A stretch of DNA of 29,518 nt from a candidate division WOR-3 bacterium (GCA_965648905.1 CBFGIT010000030.1:1-29518), one strand, 5' to 3'; positions 16,273-25,170 are shown, counted from the first letter of the stretch. The notes: generated by a model from the letters alone, not told the origin. Translations and numbers: made by a program.

Positions 16273-16387
16273 TATCGAGCAGTGAGACATGGCGAGCGGT
16301 TGAGATGGCAGCCGTTCCCCACAATGTAGAATAGAACTCGCCGGCCCGATACAGGGTTGCGTGAGTTGTTTGGCAGGAGGCCATGTG

Positions 16388-19300
16388 ATGCGGATTGCTG
16401 TTCTGGCATGTGTAGTACTTGAACTGGCGGTGGGGGCGACGCCGGTCACGTGGACGGGTGGTTTCAATGGCGGAAGTCTGTCGATTCAACCAGGGCCGAT
16501 TCACGTCGTGCACCAGGACATGGACGGCCGTCGGTTTGCGTCGGTTGGCATCGCGGGCGCCGGAGTCGGGGGCGATTACGGCACACCAGCCGTGCCATGG
16601 TTCCGGTATCTTGTCGAGGTGCCGCTCGGCGCCGAGGTCACGGTCGTAAGCGACGTGGGTATGTTGGATACAATGGTGCTCGAATCACCGCTGGCTCCGC
16701 GCCAAGAGCCGGTGCCGAAGTCCGGACCAGCCCCGTTGTTCTGCTATGACGCCAAGGCCTATGCTCAGGATAGTCTCCTTCCTACAATCAGTGCCCGTTT
16801 GACCGAGTTCGTCGAGGTACGGGGACACCGTATCGCCGTGATTGATGTCTTCCCGGCGGCGTACAACCCGGTTCGAAACATGCTGGTTACGGTCCAGGAG
16901 ATGAAGCTGCAGGTGGACTGGACTGGAGCGGACTGGGGAGCAACGCACGCGGCTCATCGTCGCTACGCTTCACCCGCGTTTGTCGGCCGGCTTGACCGGG
17001 TCGTGCTCAATTCCGAGCAATTCGCCTTTGATGATGGGCCGAGTCTACCGGTCGGGTACCTGGTGATTGTGCCGGATGACTGGGAGCCGAGCGTCCGGCC
17101 TCTGGTCGACTGGCGTCGGCGCAAGGGGTACAACGTGTTTGTGAGGACGTTAACTCAGGTCGGTGGCGGTTCGACAGATGCGGTCAAGGCGTACATCCAG
17201 AACGCTTATGACAACTGGCCGATCCCGCCGAGCTTCGTGCTCCTGGTCGGCGACGTGGACCGCATCAATTGTTTCACTGGTGGCGGTCAGGGAAGTCCGC
17301 CGACTGACTTGAACTTCGCCTGTGTAGCCGGAACCGACTACCTGCCGGACATTGACGTGAGCCGGCTCTCGGTGGCAAGTCAGGCACAGCTCGACAGTTT
17401 TGTCAGTAATGTCGTGCGCTATGAGCAGGTGACCGGAACCGGTGGGACCGGATGGCTGCAGCGCGCATACTTCGTCGCATCGTCCGATGGCGGCAACCAC
17501 CAGGTCGCCGAGCGCACCCACGCTCATGTGATGGGCCGGCTTCGGCCCAGAGGTGTGCTCTGTGACTCCCTATGGCTCTATTACGGAACCGGCACACCGA
17601 TTCCCAGCGCGGTCAATTCCGGACGCGCCTGGGTGACATATTCGGGCCACGGCAGCGAGAACGCCTGGGCCGACCCCAGTCCGGACTTCGACCTTGCCGC
17701 AGTACACGGGCTCGCTAATGTTGACCTGATTCCTTATGTTCAGACCTACGCCTGCTATTCGGGCAACTTCGCTTCGTCGAGCTATCCTGAATGCTTCTCC
17801 GAGGCGTGGATAAGGAATGGCCGACGCGGCGCGATTGCGCACGTTGCCTCCTCAGTGACCTCGTATTGGACCGAGGACGACACGCTTGAACGCCGAGTCT
17901 TCGACTGCATGTTCGACTCGGCCGCGACCTGGATCATGGGCGGGCTGAACAAGGCCAGACTCTGGTACTTCCGCCAGATGGGTTCAACTCCGACCACACG
18001 CCGTTACCTCGAGATGTACAACCTGATGGGCGACGGTGCAATCGACATCTTCACTCGGGAACCCAAGAGGCTATCGGTCGTTCACCCGTCGGTGATTCCG
18101 CTCGGGGTCTATGCGCTTCCCGCATCGGTCTTTACCGGGCAGGCGCCGGTTCCGAATGCGCTGGTCTGTGCCACGGCGAAGCACGACTCCACGGTGTTTG
18201 CTGCCGGCTACACCGATGCTGCCGGTCAGGTTGTTCTCTCGATTACCACCCTGCAGCCGGACTCAGTCTACTTGACAGTCACGGGCCACAATCTCGAGCC
18301 ATATCTGGGTGCTGCGCCGGCCCTGCCTTCGGCCGGTCCGTATGTCGCATATCTGCGTCATACCGTGGACGACTCTGCAGGCGGCAACCGTGACGGTGTC
18401 ATCAATCCGGGCGAGACAGTCAACCTGCCGGTCTGGGTGAGAAACTGGGGTGGCGTCGAAGCAGAGGGGGTTCGGGCCTGGCTGCGAGCGACCGACTCGA
18501 GCGCAGTGGTGCTCGACTCCCTGCGTGACTTCGGCAGCGTAGGCGCTGGAGATTCGGCTTACACCGGCCGGACCGGGTTCGGGTTCCGGGTTGCGCCGAG
18601 TTGTACCAACCAGCAAGTGCTCCGGTTCACGCTTGTGGCACAGGATCGCTGCGATTCCACCTGGGTTTCCTCGCTTGCCCTGACCGTCGGCACGCCGGTA
18701 GTGCGGTTCCTGGGCTACCGGGCTGACGACCCGCCGCCGGGCGGCAACGGCAACGGCATGATTGACCCGGGCGAGAACGGCGACATCATCGTCACCCTGC
18801 GCAACCAGGGCCGGGGCAACGCCTACGGCGTATTCGCAACTCTGCGTTCGGGCGACGCGCGGCTCGTGGTGCTCGACTCGGTCGGCTCGTTCGGCGACAT
18901 CTTGGCCGACTCGACCGGGAGCAATGCGGCCGACCGGTTTTCGGTGCGAGCCGACGGGACGATTCCCCGCGAGACTAGAGTCGCGTGTACGCTTGCGGTC
19001 TGGCTCGGCGCAGTCACGGAACTGCACACTTTTCAACTGGCGGTCGGAACGATCCGAAGCTGTGACCCGATTCCGGATGGCCCGCGCACACCGGCCCGTT
19101 ACTACGCCTACGACATTACCGACACCGCCTATTCCGAAGCACCGGACTTCGTCTGGCACGAATTGCGCGGCATCGGCACGCGGCTGACACTGGGCGACGA
19201 TGAAACCCGGGTCGTGAGTCTGCCCGAGTCGTTTGGTCCGCTGGTCTGGTACGGTCAGAGCTTCAGTCAGCTCTCGGTCTGCGGCAACGGCTGGGTCGCG

Positions 19301-20047
19301 CCCGGGTCAACCACATCCTCGGCCTATGCCAACACCGCGCTGCCCGACGGCACGAACCCGGGAGTTATCGCTTGCTGCTGGGACGACCTGTATCCGCCTC
19401 AGGGCGGCGGCGTGCTGTACTATTTCGATGAGGCCCGGCGGCGTTTCATCGTCGAGTGGGATTCGGTCCACTATTACTCGCCCCGTGAACAGTGGGACTC
19501 GTACCAGCTCATATTCTGCGACAGCTCAATGCGCACCCCGACCGGAGATAACGTGGTCGTCGCCCAGTATCTGACCGCGAACAACTACGGCTCGGTCACG
19601 GTCGGCATCGAAGACCCGCAGTCGACCATCGGCATCAACTACCTCTGTAACGGAGTCTACCATCGAGGCGCAGCAGCAGTTACACCGGGCATGGCGATCA
19701 AGTACACGACCAGTCCGCCCCAGCCGCGCGTCGGTGCGACCGAGGCCGACCATCTGCCCGGAAAGCCGACGCGGCTCAGTCTGTTCGGTGGTGCACCCAG
19801 TCCGTTCCGTTCCCGCACCCGGCTATCCTACGCCGTGCCGCGGTCGATGCGACTGCAACTGGCGGTCTACGACCGCGCCGGCCGGACGGTGACCGTGCTG
19901 GTTGACGGGCCGGTCGAGCCGGGAAACCACGTCGTATGCTGGAATGGAACCGACGCCCGCGGTCGACGCGTGCCCCAGGGCATCTACCTGTTCCGGCTGA
20001 GAAGCGACGACGTCACTCTAGTACAGAAGACCGTGCTGGTTGACTGA
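16388..20047 (+). CDS. Gingipain-like peptidase family C25 with propeptide, two Ig-like repeats, a C-terminal beta domain and FlgD-Ig/T9SS-like CTD
   Basis: Signal peptide; LVDWRRRKGY, FVLLVGD, His-Cys dyad YSGHGS...YACYSG, YNLMGD; two DD..GGN.[DN]G.I.PGE repeats; CTD VYDRAGR...WNGTD..GRRVPQGIYLFRL...KTVLVD; RBS CAGGAGG. Confidence 0.9.
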   Translation: MRIAVLACVVLELAVGATPVTWTGGFNGGSLSIQPGPIHVVHQDMDGRRFASVGIAGAGVGGDYGTPAVPWFRYLVEVPLGAEVTVVSDVGMLDTMVLESPLAPRQEPVPKSGPAPLFCYDAKAYAQDSLLPTISARLTEFVEVRGHRIAVIDVFPAAYNPVRNMLVTVQEMKLQVDWTGADWGATHAAHRRYASPAFVGRLDRVVLNSEQFAFDDGPSLPVGYLVIVPDDWEPSVRPLVDWRRRKGYNVFVRTLTQVGGGSTDAVKAYIQNAYDNWPIPPSFVLLVGDVDRINCFTGGGQGSPPTDLNFACVAGTDYLPDIDVSRLSVASQAQLDSFVSNVVRYEQVTGTGGTGWLQRAYFVASSDGGNHQVAERTHAHVMGRLRPRGVLCDSLWLYYGTGTPIPSAVNSGRAWVTYSGHGSENAWADPSPDFDLAAVHGLANVDLIPYVQTYACYSGNFASSSYPECFSEAWIRNGRRGAIAHVASSVTSYWTEDDTLERRVFDCMFDSAATWIMGGLNKARLWYFRQMGSTPTTRRYLEMYNLMGDGAIDIFTREPKRLSVVHPSVIPLGVYALPASVFTGQAPVPNALVCATAKHDSTVFAAGYTDAAGQVVLSITTLQPDSVYLTVTGHNLEPYLGAAPALPSAGPYVAYLRHTVDDSAGGNRDGVINPGETVNLPVWVRNWGGVEAEGVRAWLRATDSSAVVLDSLRDFGSVGAGDSAYTGRTGFGFRVAPSCTNQQVLRFTLVAQDRCDSTWVSSLALTVGTPVVRFLGYRADDPPPGGNGNGMIDPGENGDIIVTLRNQGRGNAYGVFATLRSGDARLVVLDSVGSFGDILADSTGSNAADRFSVRADGTIPRETRVACTLAVWLGAVTELHTFQLAVGTIRSCDPIPDGPRTPARYYAYDITDTAYSEAPDFVWHELRGIGTRLTLGDDETRVVSLPESFGPLVWYGQSFSQLSVCGNGWVAPGSTTSSAYANTALPDGTNPGVIACCWDDLYPPQGGGVLYYFDEARRRFIVEWDSVHYYSPREQWDSYQLIFCDSSMRTPTGDNVVVAQYLTANNYGSVTVGIEDPQSTIGINYLCNGVYHRGAAAVTPGMAIKYTTSPPQPRVGATEADHLPGKPTRLSLFGGAPSPFRSRTRLSYAVPRSMRLQLAVYDRAGRTVTVLVDGPVEPGNHVVCWNGTDARGRRVPQGIYLFRLRSDDVTLVQKTVLVD

Positions 20048-20055
20048 AGCTGGGC

Positions 20056-20084
20056 TTGACTCGGACGGACTTTGACGATAAGTT
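20056..20084 (+). promoter_or_regulatory. Promoter of the hbd-xseA-xseB operon
   Basis: TTGACT-17 bp-TAAGTT; RBS AGGAG at 20101-20105. Confidence 0.55.
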
Positions 20085-20111
20085 TGGCCTAACTGAACTT
20101 AGGAGTTTGAA

Positions 20112-20966
20112 TTGAAGAACCGCAGAGTCGGAGTCATCGGTGCCGGCACGATGGGCAGCGGCATTGCCCAGGTGTTTGCTCAGGCCGGCTATGACGTGGT
20201 GCTGACCGACGTCGAGCAGCGTTTCCTCGACAAGGGTCTGGCCACGGTAGAGAAGTTTCTGGCAAAGATGGTCGAGAAGGCCAAGCTGACCCGGGACGCG
20301 GCCGACCAGGTGCTCGGTCGCATCAGCATCAGTTTAGACCTGACCGCTGTCCGGGAATGTGGTTTGGTCGTCGAAGCCGCGACCGAGAATCAGAAGGTCA
20401 AGAGCGAGTTGTTCGCGCGCCTCGATGGCCTGTGTCAGCCTGAGGCGATACTTGCAACCAACACCTCGACGATTTCGGTGACCGCCATTGCTGCGGCGAC
20501 CAGTCGGCCGGACAAAGTCATCGGCATGCACTTCATGAACCCCGTGCCGGTCATGCAACTGGTCGAGGTCGTCCGGGGTCTGGCAACCGCGGCGGCGGTG
20601 ACCGACGAAGTCGTGGCGCTCGCCCGGGAACTGGGTAAGACTCCGGTCGTGGTGAACGACTCGCCCGGTTTTGTCTCCAACCGGGTGCTGCTGCCCATGA
20701 TCAACGAGGCGATCTTCTGCCTGGAATCGGGCGTGGCCGACAAAGAAGCAATCGACACGGTCATGAAGCTGGGCATGAACCACCCGATTGGGCCCCTGGC
20801 ACTTGCCGACCTGATTGGCCTTGACGTGTGCCTGGCGATCATGAACGTGCTCCACACCGATCTGGGCGACTCGAAATACCGGCCCTGTCCGTTGCTCAAG
20901 CGGATGGTCGCGGCCGGACACCTGGGCAGGAAGACTGGCAAAGGGTTCTACGACTACCAGAAGTAG
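20112..20966 (+). CDS. hbd: 3-hydroxybutyryl-CoA dehydrogenase
   Basis: GAGTMG NAD-binding motif, [47 protein letters not shown]. Confidence 0.93.
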   Translation: MKNRRVGVIGAGTMGSGIAQVFAQAGYDVVLTDVEQRFLDKGLATVEKFLAKMVEKAKLTRDAADQVLGRISISLDLTAVRECGLVVEAATENQKVKSELFARLDGLCQPEAILATNTSTISVTAIAAATSRPDKVIGMHFMNPVPVMQLVEVVRGLATAAAVTDEVVALARELGKTPVVVNDSPGFVSNRVLLPMINEAIFCLESGVADKEAIDTVMKLGMNHPIGPLALADLIGLDVCLAIMNVLHTDLGDSKYRPCPLLKRMVAAGHLGRKTGKGFYDYQK

Positions 20967-20979
20967 CCGCACTTCGGTT

Positions 20980-22374
20980 CTGACCGTCTCGGAGCTGAAC
21001 CGGCTCGCAGCCGAGACCCTTGACCAGCGGTTCGCCGATGTCTGGGTGCGCGGCGAGGTCTCCGGGCTCAGACAATCGGAGCGAGGTCACCGCTACTTCC
21101 GGCTGAAGGACGAGTCTTCCCAGCTTGACTGTGCGCTCTTTGCCTCCTCAGCCAGCAGGCTCAAGTTCGAACTCGAAGACGGTCTGGCGGTCCTGGTGCA
21201 CGGCCGACTTGACATCTATCTGCCGGCCGGTCGGTACCAGTTCGTTGTCAGCGAACTCGAACCGGAGGGATATGGTGCGCTTCAGAAGGCATTCGAACAG
21301 CTCAGGAAGCGGCTTGCCGCCGAAGGCCTGTTCGCACCGGAACGGAAGCGGCCGCTGCCGCGTCTGCCCCGCGTACTGGGGATTGTCACCTCGCCGTCCG
21401 GGGCCGTGATTCACGACATCCTGACGACTCTGCGCCGGTATCGGGCTTGTCTGAAGGTGTTGCTCTGTCCGGTCGCAGTCCAGGGAGAAGGCGCGGCCGA
21501 GCAGATTGCCCGAGCAATTGGTCTGCTTGGGTCGAAACCCGAGATAGACGTAGTGATTGTCGGCCGGGGCGGAGGCTCGATTGAGGACCTGTGGGCGTTC
21601 AACGAGGAAGTCGTTGCCCGTGCCATCGCGGCCTCGCCCGTACCGGTCATCAGCGGCGTCGGCCACGAAGTTGACTTCACGATTGCCGATCTTGTTGCCG
21701 ACGTCAGGGCGGCAACGCCCACTGCGGCGGCTCAGCTTGTGGCTCAGGGCTGGCATGAGCTGGACCAGCGCCTGGTTGATGTCCGGCACCAACTGACCGA
21801 AGCGGCCGAGCAGTTTCTCGCCGAGCGGCTCAGAGTCGTTGAGGACTTCGCGACCCACCGTTGCTTTGATGCCGTGGCTCGGCGCGTGACCAAGTTGCAA
21901 CTCCGGCTGGCCGGGAACCAGACAAAGCTCGCGGCCGCGACGAGTGATCAACTTACTCGAGACCGGGACCGGCTTGCCCGGTTGCGTGAGCTGCTTGCCC
22001 GGCAGAATCCGGTATCGCGCATCCTGCATCAGCAGATGCATGTGCGGGCCTGGCTGGCGCGCATCGAGCAGAAAGTCCGGGATGCACAGCAGCGGGTGTC
22101 GGAGCGGTTCGAGCGTCTGCGTGTGAGACTGGAGCGACCGATTCAGCTTCGGCTGGCGGCGAGCACTCAGCAGCTCGCCGCGGTCGGCGCCAGGCTTGAA
22201 GCACTGAGCCCGCTCGCAAACCTGGACCGGGGCTATGCAATCTGCCGTCGGTCCGACGGCGCGGTCGTCAGTCGGACGGGTCAGGTCAGGCCCGGAGACA
22301 GCGTATCGGTGCGCGTGTCGGACGGTCGGATTGGCTGCCGGGTTGAGGATACGATAACCGAACCAGGAGGCTAG
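20980..22374 (+). CDS. xseA: Exodeoxyribonuclease VII large subunit (start uncertain, probably non-canonical at 20950 or 20980)
   Basis: LTVSELN...VWVRGEVS...GHRYFRLKD OB fold, GIVTSPSGAV, GRGGGSIEDLWAFN, GVGHEVD, ATPTAAA, LSPL..L.RGY; followed by xseB. Confidence 0.92.
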   Translation: MTVSELNRLAAETLDQRFADVWVRGEVSGLRQSERGHRYFRLKDESSQLDCALFASSASRLKFELEDGLAVLVHGRLDIYLPAGRYQFVVSELEPEGYGALQKAFEQLRKRLAAEGLFAPERKRPLPRLPRVLGIVTSPSGAVIHDILTTLRRYRACLKVLLCPVAVQGEGAAEQIARAIGLLGSKPEIDVVIVGRGGGSIEDLWAFNEEVVARAIAASPVPVISGVGHEVDFTIADLVADVRAATPTAAAQLVAQGWHELDQRLVDVRHQLTEAAEQFLAERLRVVEDFATHRCFDAVARRVTKLQLRLAGNQTKLAAATSDQLTRDRDRLARLRELLARQNPVSRILHQQMHVRAWLARIEQKVRDAQQRVSERFERLRVRLERPIQLRLAASTQQLAAVGARLEALSPLANLDRGYAICRRSDGAVVSRTGQVRPGDSVSVRVSDGRIGCRVEDTITEPGG

Positions 22375-22380
22375 CACACA

Positions 22381-22635
22381 ATGGCGACGAAGAAGAACGG
22401 TTCAGAGGCGGTTGGCTTTGAGCAGGCGCTGGCCGAGCTTGAGAGCATCGTCAAGCAGCTTGAGGCTGGCAACCTGGCTCTGGAGAAGTCGTTGGAGCTC
22501 TTTGAACGGGGGGTCGGACTGGCACGGCTGTGCAAAGAGAGGCTGGTCCAGGCCGAGCTGAAGGTGAGTCAGTTGGTCAAGGACAAGGAGGGATTGTTCT
22601 CCGAGGAACCGTTCGAAGAGGGCGGGAGTCGCTAG
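22381..22635 (+). CDS. xseB: Exodeoxyribonuclease VII small subunit
   Basis: FEQALAELESIVKQLE.GNL.LE.SL.LFERG..L...C...L..AE.KV; RBS AGGAGG. Confidence 0.95.
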   Translation: MATKKNGSEAVGFEQALAELESIVKQLEAGNLALEKSLELFERGVGLARLCKERLVQAELKVSQLVKDKEGLFSEEPFEEGGSR

Positions 22636-24584
22636 GGCAGGACCGTGAGCTTGGCCGCCGGGCCATGGGCCGGCATGACCAAGACGAAGTAGCCGCCAGC
22701 CGGCATCGACCTAAGGTCGAGCGCGAATGACGAAGTCCGAATGTCGAATGACGAACGAAAGACCAGGTGGCCCGAGGTATCGTAGACGCGGAGCGCAAAC
22801 GGCGGGGCGCGAGAGGCGAAAGGCGCCCTCACTACCGTCTGCCCGCGGCAGGGGTTGGGCTCGATTGTGAACGCGGGGTCGGCTGGCAGCCTGGAAGGAT
22901 GCGGTTCCTCACGGGCCGTGAGCTCCACAGTCTCAATGCGCAGAGCCCGACGTGCCACCAGCGGTGCGGACACCCGCGGATACCAGTTGTTGCAGGTGTG
23001 GGTCAGGCCGCTGGAGCCGTCCCGGTTCTGGAGGCCGACAGTTGCCTGCGAGAAGTTGTTCGCGGTGCGGAACTGAATCATCATTGAGTTGTCGCCGGTC
23101 GGTGTGGTGACCGTCTGGTCGTAGAGCTGGAACTGAACCTTTTCCCAGTCACGCACGTGGCCGAAGTAAGGGACTGAGTCATACTCGACGATGAACCGGT
23201 GATTGGCGGTGTCATGGTAGTACCAGATTGAGCCGAACGCAGTCGGGTCAAGGTCGTCCCACTGCACGGCCACGATGTTCGGCGGGGCGTTCTGATAAGG
23301 CAGCGCGACGTTGACAAAGTCGCACCGGTCGGTCCAGCCCGCAGCGACCCAGCCATTGGAGCAGACCGAAATCGTGTCGTAGTCCACGCCATAGTAGCGC
23401 CACGGACCGAATCCCTCGGGCAGGGCAAGCTGTTGTGTTTCGTCGCTGCCCAGGTCGATTCGCACGCCGATACTGCGAAGCTCAAGCCAGTCGTAGACCG
23501 GCAGCCGGGCATAGCCGGAGTCGGTGTAGTCGTAGATGCGATAGCCGCCGATGTCCGGGCCTGCGGGCAGATTGGTTGAGTCGCCGACGAGGAGCGGTAT
23601 CAGAACCGTGTCGTGATAGCCGCTGCCTGAGAGTACAAGATGGCAGTACGCCGGCATCTCGACCGGGGCACCGGCCGCGGCCCGCACCCGGAACCGGTCG
23701 ATGCCTGAGGATGTTGTCTCGCCCTCACCGACCGCGGGGAAGCTTCCGTCCGGGTCGAGCACTGTCAGGTAGGGGCTGTCCGACTCAAGCCGGCCGGTGA
23801 GCGGGCCGACCGGCGCGCCGGTGTTCCTGAGCACGATGGCAATGTCCGCTTCCTCGTCCGGGTCGAGCTTGGCGTTGACGATACCGCCCGTGTCGTCAAC
23901 CCGGAAAGAGAAGAACCGCAGGTATGGAGCTTCTCTGGTCCAGACGGACAGGTTGTCGGCGAAGACCTTCGCCGCGGGATAGACGCTTCAGCAGTTGTCG
24001 AGGACGAAGCCGAGCAAATACACTCGGATCGCCTTGACCGACTCCGGAACCACACCCGGGAGATTGGAGCTGACTTCCTCGGCAACGTTGAACCGGTAGT
24101 CGTGCCATTGCAGCGAGTCAGGCGCGGGCACGAGATGAAGAACCGATGTGCTGGTCCAGGGGCAGCCCGCGGTGGCGGAATAGATCCGGGTCTCGCCGAT
24201 GACCGAATCGCGACTGTCCAGATACTCGAGTCCGGCGCAGGCCGCGGCAAAGAGCGATTCGCGCTCGGTCTTGGACGAGAGGCGGCAGGAAACGGCGTAA
24301 CCGAGGTCGAGAGTGACAACGCTGAACTTCTGGGACAGCTTCATCCCCTGATGGAGCATCTTGTGCAGCATCACTTCCCGGTCCCGGTCCGGAGCGATAT
24401 CGTGCCGCCAGCGCAGGCGGCAGTTGCCGGTGTCGGAGTACATCCCCCAAGTATCGAGTTGCCAGCCGAACTCGGGCGCGAGTTCGAAGTCGCCGTTGAT
24501 CACAAGGTCACGACCGGACGCAAGCGCGACGAGCAAAGCACACAGCGTCGTCAGTGTCGCCGTTCGCCATTCGCGGTTCGTCAC
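22632..24584 (-). CDS. Predicted secreted selenoprotein (~650 aa, Cys198-Sec199): CBM-like jelly-roll, Ig-like repeat, C25-associated beta domain and T9SS-like CTD
   Basis: GTG 24584 starts a signal peptide. The frame reads ...GFVLDNC-TGA-SVYPAAKVFADNLSVWTREAPYLRFFSFRVDDTGGIVNAKLDPDEEADIAIVLRNTG... straight into the 22632..23834 ORF; a SECIS-like hairpin follows the TGA. Confidence 0.75.
22724..22758 (+). repeat. CGAA-type heptamer array inside the CTD coding region
   Basis: cgaatga cgaagtc cgaatgt cgaatga cgaacga. Confidence 0.65.
23957..23990 (-). promoter_or_regulatory. In-frame UGA plus bacterial SECIS-like stem-loop
   Basis: mRNA: UGA-13 nt-CGGCGAAG-GU-CUUCGCCG; the apical sequence AGGUCU follows a 19-nt spacer after UGA. 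Confidence 0.72.
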
Positions 24585-24595
24585 TCGCGGTTCGC
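24557..24595 (-). repeat. CGAA-type heptamer array spanning the start of the selenoprotein gene
   Basis: Minus strand: cgaaccg cgagtga cgaaccg cgaatgg cgaacgg cga. Confidence 0.6.
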
Positions 24596-25170
24596 TAGTA
24601 GATCGGCTGACCGACGCGGACCGTGTAGGTGTTTGTACGGTACTCAACCTTGACCGCGTCGGAACCGACCTCGACGATTCGGCGGCCTTCAAGGTCATCA
24701 CCTGGCTTGAGTCGTTTCTCACCGACCAGGGCATAGCGCGAACCGCTGGCATCGACGATGATCGCCTTCAGCTCGTGGGGACTTGAGCTGCTGCGCCGGC
24801 TCGAACTGCGGGTGAAGCCACCCGACTCGCTTCGCCGTGTGCGGCTCGGGCGGCCGCGCTGGCGGTCCTCCCGACCTGATTCGCTTCGGCGACTGCGGCG
24901 CGCGGCGACCCGGTCTTCCTGTCGCGAGCGGCGCGAGGCTTTTGCGACCGAGGATGATTTGGTGCGTTTCTTCGGTGTTTCTTCACCGGCCGCGGGCTTG
25001 GCCCGGGTCGGGGTCGGCTGGCTCCTGCCCGTGGTCAGCAGTACCACGACAATGATAACAACAACCGCCGCACCAATCGCCATGTAGAGGTACTGATTCG
25101 CCGCTCCTTTCTGGGCGCCCCGGGCACGCGGTCGCTGCGGGGCGGCAGCGGTCTTGCGTGAAGCCATCAT
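24595..25170 (-). CDS. Single-TM protein with Arg/Ser-rich linker and C-terminal GspB/PilP/GspC-HR-like beta domain
   Basis: TM segment YLYMAIGAAVVVIIVVVLL; C-terminus LKAII...YALVGEKRLKPGDDLEGRRIVEVGSDAVKVEY; RBS AGGAGGTG. Confidence 0.65.
   Translation of the reverse strand: MMASRKTAAAPQRPRARGAQKGAANQYLYMAIGAAVVVIIVVVLLTTGRSQPTPTRAKPAAGEETPKKRTKSSSVAKASRRSRQEDRVAARRSRRSESGREDRQRGRPSRTRRSESGGFTRSSSRRSSSSPHELKAIIVDASGSRYALVGEKRLKPGDDLEGRRIVEVGSDAVKVEYRTNTYTVRVGQPIY

Noticed and set aside
16291..16342. Purine riboswitch
   Set aside because: The GAGATGG loop resembles L2, but the J2/3 consensus and the CC-containing L3 are missing.
21148..22377. 409-aa minus-strand ORF, and similar long antisense ORFs at 8311-9345, 18263-19159 and 3273-4121
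   Set aside because: They lie opposite confidently identified genes and have no recognisable features.
22632..23834. 400-aa ORF as an independent gene
   Set aside because: It starts mid-domain with no RBS or signal peptide, and homology to the C25 tail continues upstream to the TGA.
23988..23990. Genome-wide UGA reassignment (Trp or Gly code)
   Set aside because: Other genes end at TGA exactly at their natural C-termini (5008, 13017, 20047) and TGG is used for Trp, so any recoding is site-specific.
24585..24752. N-terminal 56 codons of the 254-aa ORF
   Set aside because: They overlap the GspB-like gene in another frame; the signal peptide begins at GTG 24584.
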